From: Candidatus Limnocylindria bacterium | Lineage (GTDB): Bacteria > Methylomirabilota > Methylomirabilia > Rokubacteriales > CSP1-6 | Length of the DNA: 64,000 bases | Direction: 5' to 3' | Assembly (NCBI GenBank): GCA_035524955.1 | Contig: DATLFG010000064.1 | Span: 2,309 to 66,308, forward strand | Shown: positions 63,167-64,000 of the stretch, piece by piece | Numbering within the stretch: position 1 is the stretch's first letter | How the letters are laid out: each line of letters starts with the position of its first letter | Translations under genes and position numbers: made by a program | Notes under the pieces: model-generated | What the model saw: the letters and a program-made list of their open reading frames with translations, nothing else | The model's database searches: none | Told to the model about the DNA's origin: nothing

Positions 63167-63832
63167 ATGCCGCGGCCCACGCGATGGGAGGCCGTGCTCA
63201 AGACGGCGACCACCCTGTTCGCCGCCAACGGCTTCGGCGCCGCCAGCGTGAGCCAGGTCGCCCGGCGCGCGCGCCTGTCGAAGCCGGGGCTGTACTACCA
63301 CGTGCGGGACAAGGAAGAGCTGCTGTTCCGGATCTGCGACCATTCGATGGCGGGGATCCTGGGTGGAGCGCGAGCGGCCGTTGCGGGGGCCGCCGATCCC
63401 GCCGACCAGCTCCGCGGGCTCATCCGGGCCCACACCACCTTCCACTGGCAGCATCCGAACAACCTTGCCATCCTCTTCGGCCAGGGCATGTATCTGTCCG
63501 CCGAGCGGCGCCGGCGCGTGGCCGCCATGGAGCGGGAGTACTTCGTCCTCGTGCGAGGGGTGATCCGGGAGGGCCAGCGCCGCCGCGTGTTCCGGCGGGT
63601 GGACCCCACGGTGGCCGCCTTCTCGCTGTTCGCGATGCTGAACACGCTCGACGGCTGGTACGACACCCGAGGAAGGATCCGGCCCCGTGACCTGGTGGTG
63701 GAGCTGGAGCGTCTCTACCTCGAGGGGCTCGTGGCGCCCGCGGGCGCGCGCCGCCCGCCCGCGCGCGGCCGACGGTCGACCTATGCTCCGCGTATCCCCA
63801 TCCGGAACCCTCAGCAAGGAGGCTTGCAATGA
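63167..63832 (+). CDS. TetR family transcriptional regulator (fatty-acid/acyl-CoA responsive type)
   Basis: HTH region LFAANGFGAASVSQVARRARLSKPGLYYHV. The alternative ATG at 63125 lies inside the palindrome. Confidence 0.85.
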   Translation: MPRPTRWEAVLKTATTLFAANGFGAASVSQVARRARLSKPGLYYHVRDKEELLFRICDHSMAGILGGARAAVAGAADPADQLRGLIRAHTTFHWQHPNNLAILFGQGMYLSAERRRRVAAMEREYFVLVRGVIREGQRRRVFRRVDPTVAAFSLFAMLNTLDGWYDTRGRIRPRDLVVELERLYLEGLVAPAGARRPPARGRRSTYAPRIPIRNPQQGGLQ

Positions 63833-64000
63833 GAGCGCTTCGATCGACCCGTCGCGATTTCATGTTGATGGCCGCCGTCGGCGGTTCCGCACTGGGCTTC
63901 CCGGCCGTGCTGCGCGCCCAGGCCCCGACGCTCAAGGTGGGGGTGGTTCACCCGATCACCGGCCCGCTCGCGGAGCCGGGCCAGGCCTGCCGCCTCGGGG
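63829..64000 (+). CDS. ABC transporter substrate-binding protein (branched-chain amino acid type), 5' partial
   Basis: ATGA overlap with the TetR stop. Tat-like signal RRDFMLMAAVGGSALGFPAVLRAQA, then LKVGVVHPITGPLA. Runs off the window. Confidence 0.7.
   Translation, partial: MRALRSTRRDFMLMAAVGGSALGFPAVLRAQAPTLKVGVVHPITGPLAEPGQACRLG

Overview
A 64-kb, very GC-rich segment (roughly 70% GC by eye), most likely from the chromosome of an uncultured diderm bacterium. I cannot assign taxonomy from the sequence alone. Nearly all of it is coding, and many gene junctions overlap by 4 nt (ATGA or GTGA). Left to right: (1) a minus-strand type II secretion operon, gspEFGHIJK (55-6224), whose intercistronic gaps hold a REP-like palindromic repeat. 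(2) A 5'-truncated lytic transglycosylase fragment lying back to back with a small coiled-coil ORF. (3) A complete System I cytochrome c maturation operon, ccmABCDEFGHI (6979-13577, minus strand). (4) htpX. (5) The conserved yceD-rpmF-plsX-fabHDG-acpP-fabF cluster behind a near-consensus sigma70 promoter, followed by an RNase III-domain gene with no dsRBD and an M50 protease. (6) A glutamine-synthetase-like / SDR / FbpABC-PhnSTU-type ABC transporter / cupin / SDR cluster, with recQ sitting between the binding-protein and ATPase genes. (7) Nudix, TRASH, HAD and methyltransferase genes. (8) A 5xGAF-PAS hybrid histidine kinase, then a REC-PP2C phosphatase, then a minus-strand island of small envelope proteins and micro-ORFs, then an in-frame RsbW-like kinase::STAS fusion that overlaps the first gene of a complete pel (Pel exopolysaccharide) locus in which pelA and pelB are each split in two (42995-55554). 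(9) An MFS transporter, an orphan ABC ATPase, rhodanese, a crotonase, a HAD hydrolase, apt, then hbd / acyl-CoA dehydrogenase / TetR with a perfect 25-bp palindrome. I found no rRNA, tRNA, CRISPR array, transposase, integrase or recognisable defence genes. The best candidate for something new is the partner-switching module without a sigma factor that is wired to pel. Two intergenic repeat families and several gene-structure oddities also deserve a second look. All calls come from reading the translations and nucleotides by eye. No searches were run.
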